From positions 1 through 33,831 of the forward strand of contig CAIYQJ010000206.1 in NCBI GenBank assembly GCA_903928275.1: DNA of 33,831 bases, read 5' to 3'. This document shows positions 24,992-33,831 of this stretch, piece after piece (position 1 is the stretch's first letter; the number at the start of each line of letters is the position of its first letter). The translations under genes and the position numbers were made by a program. Under the pieces are notes generated by a model. It made no database searches. It had not been told where the DNA came from and saw nothing but the letters and a program-made list of their open reading frames with translations. The DNA is from an uncultured Chloroflexota bacterium. Its GTDB lineage: Bacteria > Chloroflexota > Limnocylindria > Limnocylindrales > CSP1-4.

Positions 24992-25992
24992 GCCCGGCCT
25001 CGCCGGATCTGGATGAGGCTGCCGATCATGACGACTCCGATGAGGATGACGCCCTGGAAGACCGTGGCCAGGTTCGAGTCGATCGAGAGGAACGTCATGT
25101 CCGTCCGGATGATCTGGAGGATGACGACCGCGACGATGGGGCCGAAGACGCCTCCCCGGCCGCCCGCGAGGCTCACCCCGCCGAGGACGACGGCCGCGAC
25201 GCTCATGAGGGTGTAGGGCCCCGGGACCGGGGTCCCGATCCCGGTGCTCGCCGTGACGGACAGGCCGGCGAGGGCGGCGAAGAAGCCCATGAGCATGTAC
25301 GCGAGGATCCGCGTCCGCCCGACCGCGACCCCGCTGCGGAAGGCCGCAAGCCGGTTGCTCCCGATCGCGTAGAGCGAGAGGCCGAAGCGCGTCCGGCGGA
25401 CCGGGAGCCAGACGACCGCGACGACGAGGATGAGGGCGACGGCCGCCTTCGGGACCCACTCGCTGCCGAACGACCCGGACACGAGCTCCATGAGCCATTT
25501 CGCCGAGCCGCCACCGGGCGTCGCGATCACGAGGAGGGCGCAGCCGGCCCACACGAACGACATGGCGAGCGTGACGACGATATCCGGGACGCGGGTGAAG
25601 ACGATGAGGCTGCCGTTGATGGCTCCGAGCACCAGGCCCAGCACGAGGCAGGCGAGGACGGCGACGACGCCGAACTGCTCGGACTGGTTGGCCATGAGGA
25701 CGGCGCCGACGACGTTGACGAGCGCCATGATCGAACCGATCGAGAGGTCGATCCCGCCCGACATGACCACGATCGCCTGCGCGACGGCCGCGAGGGCCAG
25801 CGGGAGGACCGAGATCGCCAGGCCCTGGACGCCGGTCACGCCGTACCTGGGCTGGATGAACTTCGTGAAGACAAGGAGCGCGGCGAGGAGCACGACCAGG
25901 CCGAGCATCCAGGAGTTGCGGCGCAGCCAGGAGGCCAGCGCGTCGGCGGGGCGGGCGCGGACGGCGCCCACGGGGGCGGCGGTCGCGCTCAT
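24988..25992 (-). CDS. Sugar ABC transporter permease (RbsC-like) 1
   Basis: SGGIDLSIG, PDIVVTL, YAIGSN..AA.RSG, AAVVLGGVSLAGGRG. Confidence 0.92.
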   Translation of the reverse strand: MSATAAPVGAVRARPADALASWLRRNSWMLGLVVLLAALLVFTKFIQPRYGVTGVQGLAISVLPLALAAVAQAIVVMSGGIDLSIGSIMALVNVVGAVLMANQSEQFGVVAVLACLVLGLVLGAINGSLIVFTRVPDIVVTLAMSFVWAGCALLVIATPGGGSAKWLMELVSGSFGSEWVPKAAVALILVVAVVWLPVRRTRFGLSLYAIGSNRLAAFRSGVAVGRTRILAYMLMGFFAALAGLSVTASTGIGTPVPGPYTLMSVAAVVLGGVSLAGGRGGVFGPIVAVVILQIIRTDMTFLSIDSNLATVFQGVILIGVVMIGSLIQIRRGRA

Positions 25993-27653
25993 GGGGCGTC
26001 CTCCGGCGCATCGCCGCCCGCGGGCGGCGCCGAGGCGGATGACGGGCCGCCGACCGCGGATGTGGCCGCAGCCGCGATCGACGCGGCCACGGCCGCATCC
26101 GCCGCCGTCCCGGTCGCGACGGCCTCGGCGGCGACGACCTCCGGCATCTCGACGTCGGCGCGGAGGTTGTAGGCCGCCCGCAGGAGGGTGGGCTCGTCGG
26201 CGTCGGCCGCCGCGATCTCGGCGACCACGCGGCCGCCGAAGATGACGATCGCGCGGTCGCAGACGAGCTGGACCTCCTTCAGCTCCGACGTGTACAGCAG
26301 GACGGCGGCACCCGCCTCCGCGAGATCACGGAGCAGCACGTAGATCTGGCTCTTCGTCCTGATGTCGATCCCGCGCGTGGGATCGAAGCAGAGCATGGTC
26401 TTGACGCCGCCGGCCACCCAGCGCGCGATCGTCACCTTCTGCTGGTTGCCGCCGGAGAGCCGCCGGACCTCGCCGTGCGCGCGCGTGTCGATCTGCAGCG
26501 TGGCGATCGCCGTGTCGACTTTGCGGTTCTCCTCGCCGGCGTCGATCAGCCCCCACGCGCGGAGCCGCGTGATGAAGGGCAGCGCGATGTTCTCACGCAC
26601 GGAGCGCTGCATGAGGAGCGCCTCGGCGCGGTCTGCCGCGATGTACACGAGGCCGGCCCGGATCGCGTCTGCCGGGTGGCGGAACGACGCGGCATTCCCA
26701 TCCACGAGCAGCTCGCCGCCGCTCGGGCGCTCGGACCCGGCGAGCACGTCGAAGAGCTCGTCCTGTCCCTGGCCCTCGAGGGCCACGACGCCAAGGACCT
26801 CGCCCGCGAACAGCTCGAAGCTCGCGTCGTGGAGCCTGGCGCCGGACGCGAGCGAGCGCGCCGCGACCCGGGGCTTCACGTCGGCCACGCGCGCGCGCGC
26901 GGCCCCGGCGGCACCGGTCCGTGCCGCGATCCCCGACGCGGCCTCGCCGAGCATGTGCTCGACGATCTGCTGCTCGGAGCCCTCGGTCACGTCCACGACG
27001 CCGACCGTCTCGCCCTCGCGGAGCACGGTCGCGCGGTCGCAGACCGCGGCGATCTCGATCAGGCGATGCGAGATGAAGATGACGGAGCTGTCGCCGCCGC
27101 GGCGCCGGCCGACGACCTCCAGGACCCGCTCCGTGAGGTTCGCGGGGAGCGCGGCGGTCATCTCGTCGAGCATGAGCACGTCCGGCTCGCTGGCCAGGGC
27201 ACGGGCGAGGTCCACGATCCGGAGCGAGGCCAGCGGCACGTGCCGCGCCATGCTCGACAGGTCGAGGCCCTCGAGACCGAGCTGGGCCAGCCAGTGGCGG
27301 AACGGCTCGATCGGCGTCTCGGTGAGGCGGAGGTTGGAGCGGATGTCCAGGTCCGGGATGAGCGCCGGCTCCTGGTAGACCGAGACCAGGCCGCCGTGGC
27401 GGGCCTCCGCGGGAGAGTGGACCGTGCGCTCGCGGCCGCGGACGGCGATGGTGCCGCCATCGGGCCGGACGGCGCCGGTCAGGATCTTGACGAGGGTGCT
27501 CTTGCCGGCGCCGTTGGCGCCCATGAGGGCGTGGACCTCGCCGGGGCGGACTGCCAGGGATGCGTCCTTGAGCGCGACCACGGCGCCGTACGTCTTCGAG
27601 ATGCCCGATGCCTCGAGCAGGAGGCCGGTGGCGGTGCTGGCGATTGAGGTCAT
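25989..27653 (-). CDS. Sugar ABC transporter ATP-binding protein (RbsA-like, tandem NBD)
   Basis: GANGAGKST, LDEMT and ISH in NBD1; LSGGNQQKV and DPTRGID in NBD2; Ala-rich tail. Confidence 0.93.
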   Translation of the reverse strand: MTSIASTATGLLLEASGISKTYGAVVALKDASLAVRPGEVHALMGANGAGKSTLVKILTGAVRPDGGTIAVRGRERTVHSPAEARHGGLVSVYQEPALIPDLDIRSNLRLTETPIEPFRHWLAQLGLEGLDLSSMARHVPLASLRIVDLARALASEPDVLMLDEMTAALPANLTERVLEVVGRRRGGDSSVIFISHRLIEIAAVCDRATVLREGETVGVVDVTEGSEQQIVEHMLGEAASGIAARTGAAGAARARVADVKPRVAARSLASGARLHDASFELFAGEVLGVVALEGQGQDELFDVLAGSERPSGGELLVDGNAASFRHPADAIRAGLVYIAADRAEALLMQRSVRENIALPFITRLRAWGLIDAGEENRKVDTAIATLQIDTRAHGEVRRLSGGNQQKVTIARWVAGGVKTMLCFDPTRGIDIRTKSQIYVLLRDLAEAGAAVLLYTSELKEVQLVCDRAIVIFGGRVVAEIAAADADEPTLLRAAYNLRADVEMPEVVAAEAVATGTAADAAVAASIAAAATSAVGGPSSASAPPAGGDAPEDAP

Positions 27654-27676
27654 CGGTCCTGTCGGTGGAGAGGGGG

Positions 27677-27710
27677 CGCGGGGGATGCCGGCGAGCCGGC
27701 ATCCCCCGCG
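27677..27710. other. Perfect intercistronic hairpin downstream of the substrate-binding protein gene (mRNA stabiliser / partial terminator)
   Basis: CGCGGGGGATGCCGGC-GA-GCCGGCATCCCCCGCG, the usual position for boosting SBP over ATPase and permease. Confidence 0.75.
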
Positions 27711-27731
27711 TTGGTCACGCGCGGGTGAGGT

Positions 27732-28946
27732 CTACTCGCCGGGGCCCTTGCAGGCGACGGCCTGTGCAGGGGTGAAGGTGGTCCAGTCCGGGATCTGGAT
27801 GCCGAGCGGCCACGTGGGGTTGAGCCCCGGGACCGTCTGCCAGGAGGTGAGCGTCGCCTTGCCGGCGTCCGTCACGTTCTCGGCGAGGATCGGCTTCAGG
27901 AGGATGGTGTTGGGCTGGCTGGCGGTCGGGTCGGCCGTGGGGGTCTGGCCGTTGAGGAGCTTGAGCGCCATGTTGACGCCCGCGCCGCCGACGGCGGCGG
28001 TGTTCGTGACCGCGGCGCCCTTGAGGCCCGGGTAGTTGGTCGGATCGAGGAGCTGCTTGACGAAGGCGCCCAGGTCGGCGCCGACGATCGGCACGTACTT
28101 CTTGCCCGAGGCCTTGATCGCGTCGACGATCATGGAGTCCATGCCGGACGTCCAGATGCCCTGGGTGTTGTCGTACTGGCCGCTGGCGATCCAGTCGTTG
28201 ATGAGCTTGGTGGCGGTGGCCGGATCCCAGCCGGTGGCGACGCCGTCGGCGTTCGGGAGGACCTTGATGCCCGGGTACTCGGCGAGGGCCTTCTTGAAGC
28301 CCTTGTCGCGGTCCGTGTCGGCCGGGTGGCCGGCGAGCCCGCGCATGTAGTAGACGTTGCCCTTGCCGCCCATCTGCTCGAACAGCCACTTGGCGCCCAG
28401 GTACGCGTACTCGATCTGGTTGTTGTACAGGTTCCAGGTGTTCGGGTCGGTCACGTACGCGTCGACCGCGATGGTCTTGATCCCGGCGGCGGCCGCCTCG
28501 GCGAGGGCGGGGTTGAGGGCCTTCGGATCGTTCGGGTTGAAGACGATCGCGTTCACGCCCTTGGCGATGAGGTCGCGGATGTCCTGGAGCTGGCCGGCCG
28601 CGTCCGTGTTGCGGCTGGTCATCGTGAGGCCGGAGACCTGGCCGGACGCGAGAGCCTCTGCCTTCGCGGTGCACATCTGCTCTTCGCGGAAGCCGTTGCC
28701 GACGCCGCCGCCGTTGGAGTACCCGATGGTGAACATCGCCGCCGCGGACGGGGCCGCAGTCGCGGGCGCCGCGGTGACGGGGGCCGCGGTGACGGGGGCC
28801 GCAGTGACGGGGGCCGCAGTGGCAGGCGCCGCGGTGGCCGGGGCCGGAGTGGCCGGGGCCGTCGTCGCGGAGCTGCTGCACGCGGCAACGAGGACCGCGA
28901 TCGCGCCGATGGCGATCAGGCCTCGAGCCTTACCCAGGTGCTTCAT
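27732..28946 (-). CDS. Sugar ABC transporter substrate-binding lipoprotein (periplasmic binding protein type I)
   Basis: ATG 28946 after a GAGGAG RBS; signal peptide with lipobox VAAC; Ala/Pro/Thr linker; IGYSN..GNGFRE, QLQDIRDLIAKGVNAIV. Confidence 0.92.
   Translation of the reverse strand: MKHLGKARGLIAIGAIAVLVAACSSSATTAPATPAPATAAPATAAPVTAAPVTAAPVTAAPATAAPSAAAMFTIGYSNGGGVGNGFREEQMCTAKAEALASGQVSGLTMTSRNTDAAGQLQDIRDLIAKGVNAIVFNPNDPKALNPALAEAAAAGIKTIAVDAYVTDPNTWNLYNNQIEYAYLGAKWLFEQMGGKGNVYYMRGLAGHPADTDRDKGFKKALAEYPGIKVLPNADGVATGWDPATATKLINDWIASGQYDNTQGIWTSGMDSMIVDAIKASGKKYVPIVGADLGAFVKQLLDPTNYPGLKGAAVTNTAAVGGAGVNMALKLLNGQTPTADPTASQPNTILLKPILAENVTDAGKATLTSWQTVPGLNPTWPLGIQIPDWTTFTPAQAVACKGPGE
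28749..28859 (-). repeat. Imperfect 15-bp tandem repeat (about 7 units) encoding an AP(A/V)TA linker
   Basis: APATP-APATA-APATA-APVTA-APVTA-APVTA-APATA-AP directly after the lipobox Cys. Confidence 0.85.
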
Positions 28947-29037
28947 GAACTCGTCTCCTCTTGTGCGCCGATCGCCCACTCCCCCCGGGAGCGCCGGTCA
29001 AGCATTGCCGTATCGAAACCGCTCGGTCCTCGCTTCG

Positions 29038-29835
29038 TCATCCTCCTCCTGACTGGTCGATCGCACGGGCGAGTCGTCGCGAGTGCTCTCGGTAGGCTTC
29101 GTCGAACAGCGCCCGGGACCGCTCGGCCCCCACCGCGCTCGCGCGAGCGAGCACCGGGGGCATCGCTCCCTCCTTCACGAGCAGCTCCGCGGTCCGGACT
29201 TTGATGGCATTGACGATGGCAACGGCTCCGACGGTGGAACCCGGCCCCACCGGGGTGTCGAGCCCGGCGAGCGTGACCATGGCGTCCGCGGCGGGGCTGC
29301 AGACGTCGAGGACGAGGTCGGCCACCTCGAGGAGCCTCTGGCCGGCAGCGGGCTCCGGCTCCGCCGAAAGCGATTGTGCCACCGAGGTGACCGCGATGAC
29401 ACGTAGCCCGCGTGCGCTGGCGCCCCGGGCCATCTCCACGGGCACGGCCGTCAGGCCGCTGGCGGAGAAGATCATCATCACGTCGTGCGCCCCGAACCGG
29501 AAGTTCGACAGGATCACCTCCGCGAGCCCCGGCACGCGCTCGATGAACATCGCCTGGCGCTGGCCGTTCGTCCCCACGACCTGCGTGTGGAACGTCATCG
29601 ACAGCTCGACGATGGGGTTGAACCCCGGGTAGGACCCGTAGCGCGGGAACATCTCCTCGACCGGGATGCGGGAGTGCCCGGTCCCGAAGAGGTGGACGAG
29701 GCCGTCCGCGGCGATCGCCTCGGCGCACCAGCGGCTGGCGGTCTCGATCCCCTCGGCCTGCGACTCGGCGACGCGCGCGAGGACCATGGCAGCTTCATGC
29801 AGCCAGGTCCCGGCGGCCGTCGAGGTCGCTGTCAC
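29038..29835 (-). CDS. SIS-domain sugar-phosphate isomerase-like protein (UPF0309-like)
   Basis: VHLFGTGHS..PVEE.FPR.G, IFSASG, VIAVTS, PVGPGST; GTG start overlaps the upstream stop. Confidence 0.85.
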   Translation of the reverse strand: MTATSTAAGTWLHEAAMVLARVAESQAEGIETASRWCAEAIAADGLVHLFGTGHSRIPVEEMFPRYGSYPGFNPIVELSMTFHTQVVGTNGQRQAMFIERVPGLAEVILSNFRFGAHDVMMIFSASGLTAVPVEMARGASARGLRVIAVTSVAQSLSAEPEPAAGQRLLEVADLVLDVCSPAADAMVTLAGLDTPVGPGSTVGAVAIVNAIKVRTAELLVKEGAMPPVLARASAVGAERSRALFDEAYREHSRRLARAIDQSGGG

Positions 29836-30893
29836 GACGCGGCGGCCCGCGGGGTGTCGTCGGGGACGATGGCCTCCCAGTGCCCGCTCCGGATGGAGCG
29901 GTACGCCGCGTCGAGGATCGCGTTCACGACGTAGCCGTCGCGGAACGTCTCGCGCGGCTCACGTCCGTCGCGGAAGGCCGAGACCACGTCGGCCATCATG
30001 AGGTCGTGGCCGTGGACGCGGACCTCGTCCGGCACGGGGAAGACCCAGCCGGTCTCCGCGTCCGCCTTCTCGACGAGGTATCCGGCGGGCCGCTCGATGA
30101 AGGCCTTCAGCGAGCCCACGGCAAGGTCCTCGACCATCCGCCCGGCGTCGCCATAGACCTCGAAGCGACCCTCGAGCCCACCCTTCGACGACCACGAGAC
30201 GTCGCAGGTGGCCGCCCGGCCGTCCTCGAACCGGACGACCATGATCGCGTTGTCCTCGCCCGTGGTCTTCGCGCCGTGGACGAGGGTGTCGCCCCAGGCG
30301 AAGGCGTCGCGGGCCGCGAGGTCCTTGCCGAAGAGGTAGCGGGCGCACTCGATCCCGTGCGAGGCCATGTCGAGGAGCGCCCCGCCGCCCGCCAGCTCCG
30401 CGTCCCAGAAGTGCGATGCGTGCGGGCCGCTGTGGCCCTCCCGCGCGCGGAACGTGGTGACGCGGCCGATCGCGCCCGCCTCGATCATCTCGCGCATCCG
30501 GATCATGTCCGGGTTGAACACGATGTTCTCGAGGTACGCGTGGAAGACGCCCGCGTCCGTCACCGCGCGCAGCATGTCCGACGCCTCGTCCGCGGTGCGG
30601 CCGAGCGGCTTCGTGCAGGCGACGGCCTTGCCGGCGGCCGCGGCGGCGAGGACCGCCTCGCGGTGGAGGTGGTTCGGCAGAGAGACGACGACGAGGTCCA
30701 CGTCGGGGTCCGCGCAGACCTCCGCGACCGACGCGTACGGACGGGAGTCGAAGCGGGCGGCGAACGCTGCGCGTCGCGTCGCGTCCATGTCGCAGTGCGC
30801 GACGACCCGAGCCCCGGGGACGTAGCGCATGCCGAGCGCGTGGAACTCGCCGATGAAGCCCGCGCCGAGCATCCCCACGCCGACGTCCCGCAT
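29832..30893 (-). CDS. Gfo/Idh/MocA family NAD(P)-dependent oxidoreductase 2
   Basis: ATG 30893; GMLGAGFIG, PNHLH, CTKPLG (variant of CEKP), GGGALLDMASH, GEDNA. Confidence 0.9.
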   Translation of the reverse strand: MRDVGVGMLGAGFIGEFHALGMRYVPGARVVAHCDMDATRRAAFAARFDSRPYASVAEVCADPDVDLVVVSLPNHLHREAVLAAAAAGKAVACTKPLGRTADEASDMLRAVTDAGVFHAYLENIVFNPDMIRMREMIEAGAIGRVTTFRAREGHSGPHASHFWDAELAGGGALLDMASHGIECARYLFGKDLAARDAFAWGDTLVHGAKTTGEDNAIMVVRFEDGRAATCDVSWSSKGGLEGRFEVYGDAGRMVEDLAVGSLKAFIERPAGYLVEKADAETGWVFPVPDEVRVHGHDLMMADVVSAFRDGREPRETFRDGYVVNAILDAAYRSIRSGHWEAIVPDDTPRAAAS

Positions 30894-31633
30894 CAGTAGC
30901 CGCCCGTCTCGGCCGTGGCGGCGGCAGCGGCGGCGGTCCCCGCCTTGCGGGCGCGGAAGTCGAGGATGATCGTCTCGGTCGCCGTGGCCCCGATCCGCGT
31001 CACGCCGAGGTCCATGACCGCGAGCAGCGCGTCCAGGGTGCGGACGCCGCCCGCTGCCTTGACGCCGATGTACGGCGGGGTGTTCGCCCGCATGAGGCGC
31101 AGGTCGTCGTGCGTGGCCCCGGACGGCGCGAAGCCCGTGCTCGTCTTGACGAAGTCGCCGCCGGCGACCGTCGTGAGGTGGCATGCGCGGATCTTCTCGT
31201 CGTCGGTGAGATACGCGTTCTCGAAGATCACCTTGACGATGGCGCCGGCCGCATGTCCGACCTCGACCACCGCGCGGATGTCGGACTCCACGTCCGCGTC
31301 GCGGCCCGACTTCAGCGCCGCGATCTGGATCACCATGTCGAGCTCGGTGGCCCCGTCGGCGAGGGCTTGCCTGGCCTCGAAGACCTTCGTCTCGGTCCGG
31401 TGGTTGCCGTGCGGGAAGCCGACGGTCGTCCCCACGGCCACATCCGTGCCGGCGAGGATGGCCTTCGCCCGCCGCACGTCCGCGGGCCGGCAGCAGACGG
31501 ACGCGACGTCGTACTTCGCCGCCAGCCGGCAGCCGTCCTCGACGAACGCGTCGTCGAGCTCGGGCCGGAGGAGCGAGTGGTCGATCGTCTTCGCGATGTC
31601 GCGCTCGGTGAGGTCGTCGATGGAGAGTGTCAT
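30893..31633 (-). CDS. deoC: Deoxyribose-phosphate aldolase
   Basis: IDHSLLRP, VGFPHG, GATELDMV, KVIFE, FVKTSTGF, GVKAAGGVR, RIGAT. Confidence 0.92.
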   Translation of the reverse strand: MTLSIDDLTERDIAKTIDHSLLRPELDDAFVEDGCRLAAKYDVASVCCRPADVRRAKAILAGTDVAVGTTVGFPHGNHRTETKVFEARQALADGATELDMVIQIAALKSGRDADVESDIRAVVEVGHAAGAIVKVIFENAYLTDDEKIRACHLTTVAGGDFVKTSTGFAPSGATHDDLRLMRANTPPYIGVKAAGGVRTLDALLAVMDLGVTRIGATATETIILDFRARKAGTAAAAAATAETGGY

Positions 31634-31654
31634 GGGAGCTCCTGCGCGGGTGCG

Positions 31655-32569
31655 CTACTTGCAGTACGGCCGGAGCACGTCCCTGGCGATCAGGAAGCCC
31701 TGCTTGACCTTCTCGTCCGTGCCCTCGAACCGCCGGTCCTCGTGCTCGATGATGCAGTCGCCCGCGAACCCGGAACGGTACAGCTCGCTGAAGACGACGG
31801 ACCAGTCGACGTCGCCGAGACCCGGGATCCGCGGGATCTGCCAGCCCATGCCCATCGAGAAGACGCCGCGCTCGTAGAGGCCGTCCGCGTCGATCATGAG
31901 GTCCTTGGCCTGGAAGTGGAGGACATGCGGCCCGAACTCCTTGAGGAAGCGGCGCATGTCGATCATCTGGAGCACGAGGTGGCTGGGGTCGAAGTTGAGC
32001 CCGATGGTGCCGCCCCACTCCTCCAGGATCCGGCGCCACATCCGCGGCGTCGTGGCGATGTTGTGCCCGCCCGGCCACTCGTCGTCGCTGAAGAGCATCG
32101 GGCAGTTCTCGAGCGTGATCATCCGGCCGTGGTCGCCGGCGAACCGGACGATGTCCGGCCAGACGCGGAGCGCCTCTTCCCAGTTCTGGTCCTGGGTCCT
32201 GGACGCGTCGCCGCCCATGAACGTGTTGACCAGCGGGACGTCCATCTTCTCGGCTGCTGTGATCACGTGCTTCAGGTGGCCGATCACCTGCTCCCGGTGC
32301 GCCGGATCCGGGTGCAGCGGGTTCGGGTAGAAGCCGAGGCCGGAGATCGACAACCCCTTCGACGCGAGCTCCTCGCGGATCTCCGTCGCCCGGGAGGCCG
32401 AGAGGTTCGCGACGTCGATGTGGCTCGTCCCGGCGTACCGGCGGGTGGGGCCGGCCGCCTGCGGCCAGCAGGCGATCTCGAGGACCTCGAAGCCCGCGCC
32501 GACGGCCCAGTCCGCGACCTCGGTGAGCGGCGTGGCGGGGAACGGGGCGGTCAGGAAGCCGAGCTTCAT
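31655..32569 (-). CDS. Sugar-phosphate isomerase/epimerase family (xylose-isomerase-like / AP-endonuclease-2 TIM barrel)
   Basis: ATG 32569 after a GGAGGAG RBS; metal motifs LENCP, FDPSH, HFQAKD, PGLGDVDW, IEHED. Confidence 0.88.
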   Translation of the reverse strand: MKLGFLTAPFPATPLTEVADWAVGAGFEVLEIACWPQAAGPTRRYAGTSHIDVANLSASRATEIREELASKGLSISGLGFYPNPLHPDPAHREQVIGHLKHVITAAEKMDVPLVNTFMGGDASRTQDQNWEEALRVWPDIVRFAGDHGRMITLENCPMLFSDDEWPGGHNIATTPRMWRRILEEWGGTIGLNFDPSHLVLQMIDMRRFLKEFGPHVLHFQAKDLMIDADGLYERGVFSMGMGWQIPRIPGLGDVDWSVVFSELYRSGFAGDCIIEHEDRRFEGTDEKVKQGFLIARDVLRPYCK

Positions 32570-32612
32570 CGCGGCAGCTCCTCCGGTGCGCATGGATCGG
32601 GGTGACGGGTGG

Positions 32613-33773
32613 TCATCTGGGACGGGCCACGTCGACCCAGCGGCCGGTCCGGGAGCTCTGCAGGACGGCGTCGCCGACCAGCATCTCCTCGTGACCGTCG
32701 GCGAAGGAAGCGTAGCGCCGGTCCGGCGATGGCCTCCCGGCGGCGACGTCATCGTAGACCGCGGTGAAGACGGCACCGAACGTGTCGGCGAAGCCCTCCA
32801 CGTGCCCGCCGGGAAGGCGCGCGGCCGCGATCCCGTCGGCGTTCATGAGCGCTGGGTTCCGGAGCAGGAGCTCGTTGGGCCGGTCACGGTGGCCGATCCA
32901 CAGCTGGTCGGGCTGCTCGGAGTCCCACGCGACCGCCGAGGCGGAGCCGTCGACCTGGTACGCGAGGCTGTTCTTGCGGCCGGGGCTCAGCTGCGAGATC
33001 GCCACGCTGCCGCGCGCGCCGCCCCCGAAGCGCAGGAGGATCGTGGCCGCGTCCTCCGTGTGGATCTCGACGGGAACGGCGCCGGTCGCCCGCTCGGTGC
33101 TGAAGGTGATGACGGGGCCGGCCGGCTTCAGACGGACGGGGATGAACGTCGTGAGGTCGGCCATGACCGACTCGACCCGCAACCCGGTCACGAAGCTCGT
33201 GAGGTCGAGCCAGTGGGAGCCGATGTCCCCGACCGCCCGGAGCACGCCGCCCTGGTCCTTCTCGAGGCGCCAGTTCCAGTCGGTGTCGTACAGGAGCCAG
33301 TCCTGGAAGTAGCGGCCGGTGACCAGGCGGACGTCCCCGATCCCGCCGTCGCGGACGAGGGAGGCCACGTGCTGGTTGAGCGGGTAGAACCGGATGTTGA
33401 AGTTCACCGCGTTCACGAGGCCCGACGCTGCAGCGAGGGCGACGAGCTCCGCCGACTCGTCGGAGGTCATCGCGAGAGGCTTCTCGCACACGACGTGGCG
33501 ACCAGCGGCGAGGATCGCCTTGACCTGCGGGTGGTGGAGCTCGTTGGGGGAGGTGACGTGGACGACCTGCACGGCATCGTCGGCGAGGAGCTCGGCGAGG
33601 TCCGTGTAGGCCCTGGACAGGCCGAGAGCCGCGGCCCGCTGCGACCCGAGCTCCGGCGAGGACTCGAGGAGCCCGGTGACGCGGACGCCGATCCGGCGGA
33701 GCGCCTCGACGTGCACGGTCCCGATGAACCCACTGCCGATGACGGCGGTGCCGATCTCGTTACGTCGCGCCAT
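32613..33773 (-). CDS. Gfo/Idh/MocA family NAD(P)-dependent oxidoreductase 1
   Basis: ATG 33773 after GGAGG; [25 protein letters not shown]...[18 protein letters not shown]. Confidence 0.92.
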   Translation of the reverse strand: MARRNEIGTAVIGSGFIGTVHVEALRRIGVRVTGLLESSPELGSQRAAALGLSRAYTDLAELLADDAVQVVHVTSPNELHHPQVKAILAAGRHVVCEKPLAMTSDESAELVALAAASGLVNAVNFNIRFYPLNQHVASLVRDGGIGDVRLVTGRYFQDWLLYDTDWNWRLEKDQGGVLRAVGDIGSHWLDLTSFVTGLRVESVMADLTTFIPVRLKPAGPVITFSTERATGAVPVEIHTEDAATILLRFGGGARGSVAISQLSPGRKNSLAYQVDGSASAVAWDSEQPDQLWIGHRDRPNELLLRNPALMNADGIAAARLPGGHVEGFADTFGAVFTAVYDDVAAGRPSPDRRYASFADGHEEMLVGDAVLQSSRTGRWVDVARPR

Positions 33774-33831
33774 GGGCGGGGGCATCCTCCGGTCCGGGTC
33801 ATGTGGGCAGTGCACCGCTCATCCTACTTCG

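Noticed and set aside
26362-26400. Degenerate Walker B (LCFDPTRGID) in ABC NBD2 and missing signature in NBD1
   Set aside because: RbsA-type tandem ATPases normally have one degenerate site; the NBD1 Walker A/B and the NBD2 LSGGNQQ are intact.
28749-28859. CRISPR-like array
   Set aside because: It is an in-frame coding tandem repeat with no unique spacers, and there are no cas genes.
29014-29026. CGAAACCGCTCGG as a LacI-type operator upstream of the SBP gene
   Set aside because: Only half-site similarity, a single copy, and no LacI gene in the window.
33790-33831. Possible 3' end of an upstream minus-strand gene
   Set aside because: Too little sequence to support a call.

Overview
Very GC-rich (roughly 70%+ by eye), gene-dense bacterial DNA. 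The style fits Chloroflexota or Actinomycetota, but that is inference only. I see no rRNA, tRNA, CRISPR array, transposase or integrase. There are two catabolic regions that converge on a double-hairpin terminator at about 20324-20392. (A) 1-20316 is an accessory cluster for an unknown substrate. A divergent, palindrome-rich promoter (about 1750-1805) drives, leftward, a transaldolase-like gene and an MMSDH-type aldehyde dehydrogenase. Rightward it drives DUF1097, a dikinase-like phosphotransferase that has a phospho-His domain but no ATP-grasp domain, GntR, an HPr-kinase-like P-loop protein, a three-subunit xanthine-dehydrogenase-family molybdoenzyme, a cyclase-family hydrolase, the Tm-1-like/PEP-hydrolase-like TIM-barrel pair, a metallophosphoesterase and a second transaldolase-like paralog. 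An AraC-GNAT-UroD-like unit follows, divergent from an Fe-S OYE-family flavoenzyme. (B) 20398-33773 is a minus-strand sugar/amino-sugar run: two Gfo/Idh/MocA dehydrogenases, a TIM-barrel isomerase/epimerase, deoC, a SIS protein, a four-gene sugar ABC transporter, two ROK proteins and nagA. The best candidate for an undescribed system is region A, in particular a possible split phosphorelay (orphan His-domain phosphotransferase, P-loop kinase, Tm-1/PEP-barrel pair, phosphatase) coupled to Schiff-base aldolases with a non-canonical active site. All family calls are by eye from motifs; no database search was run.
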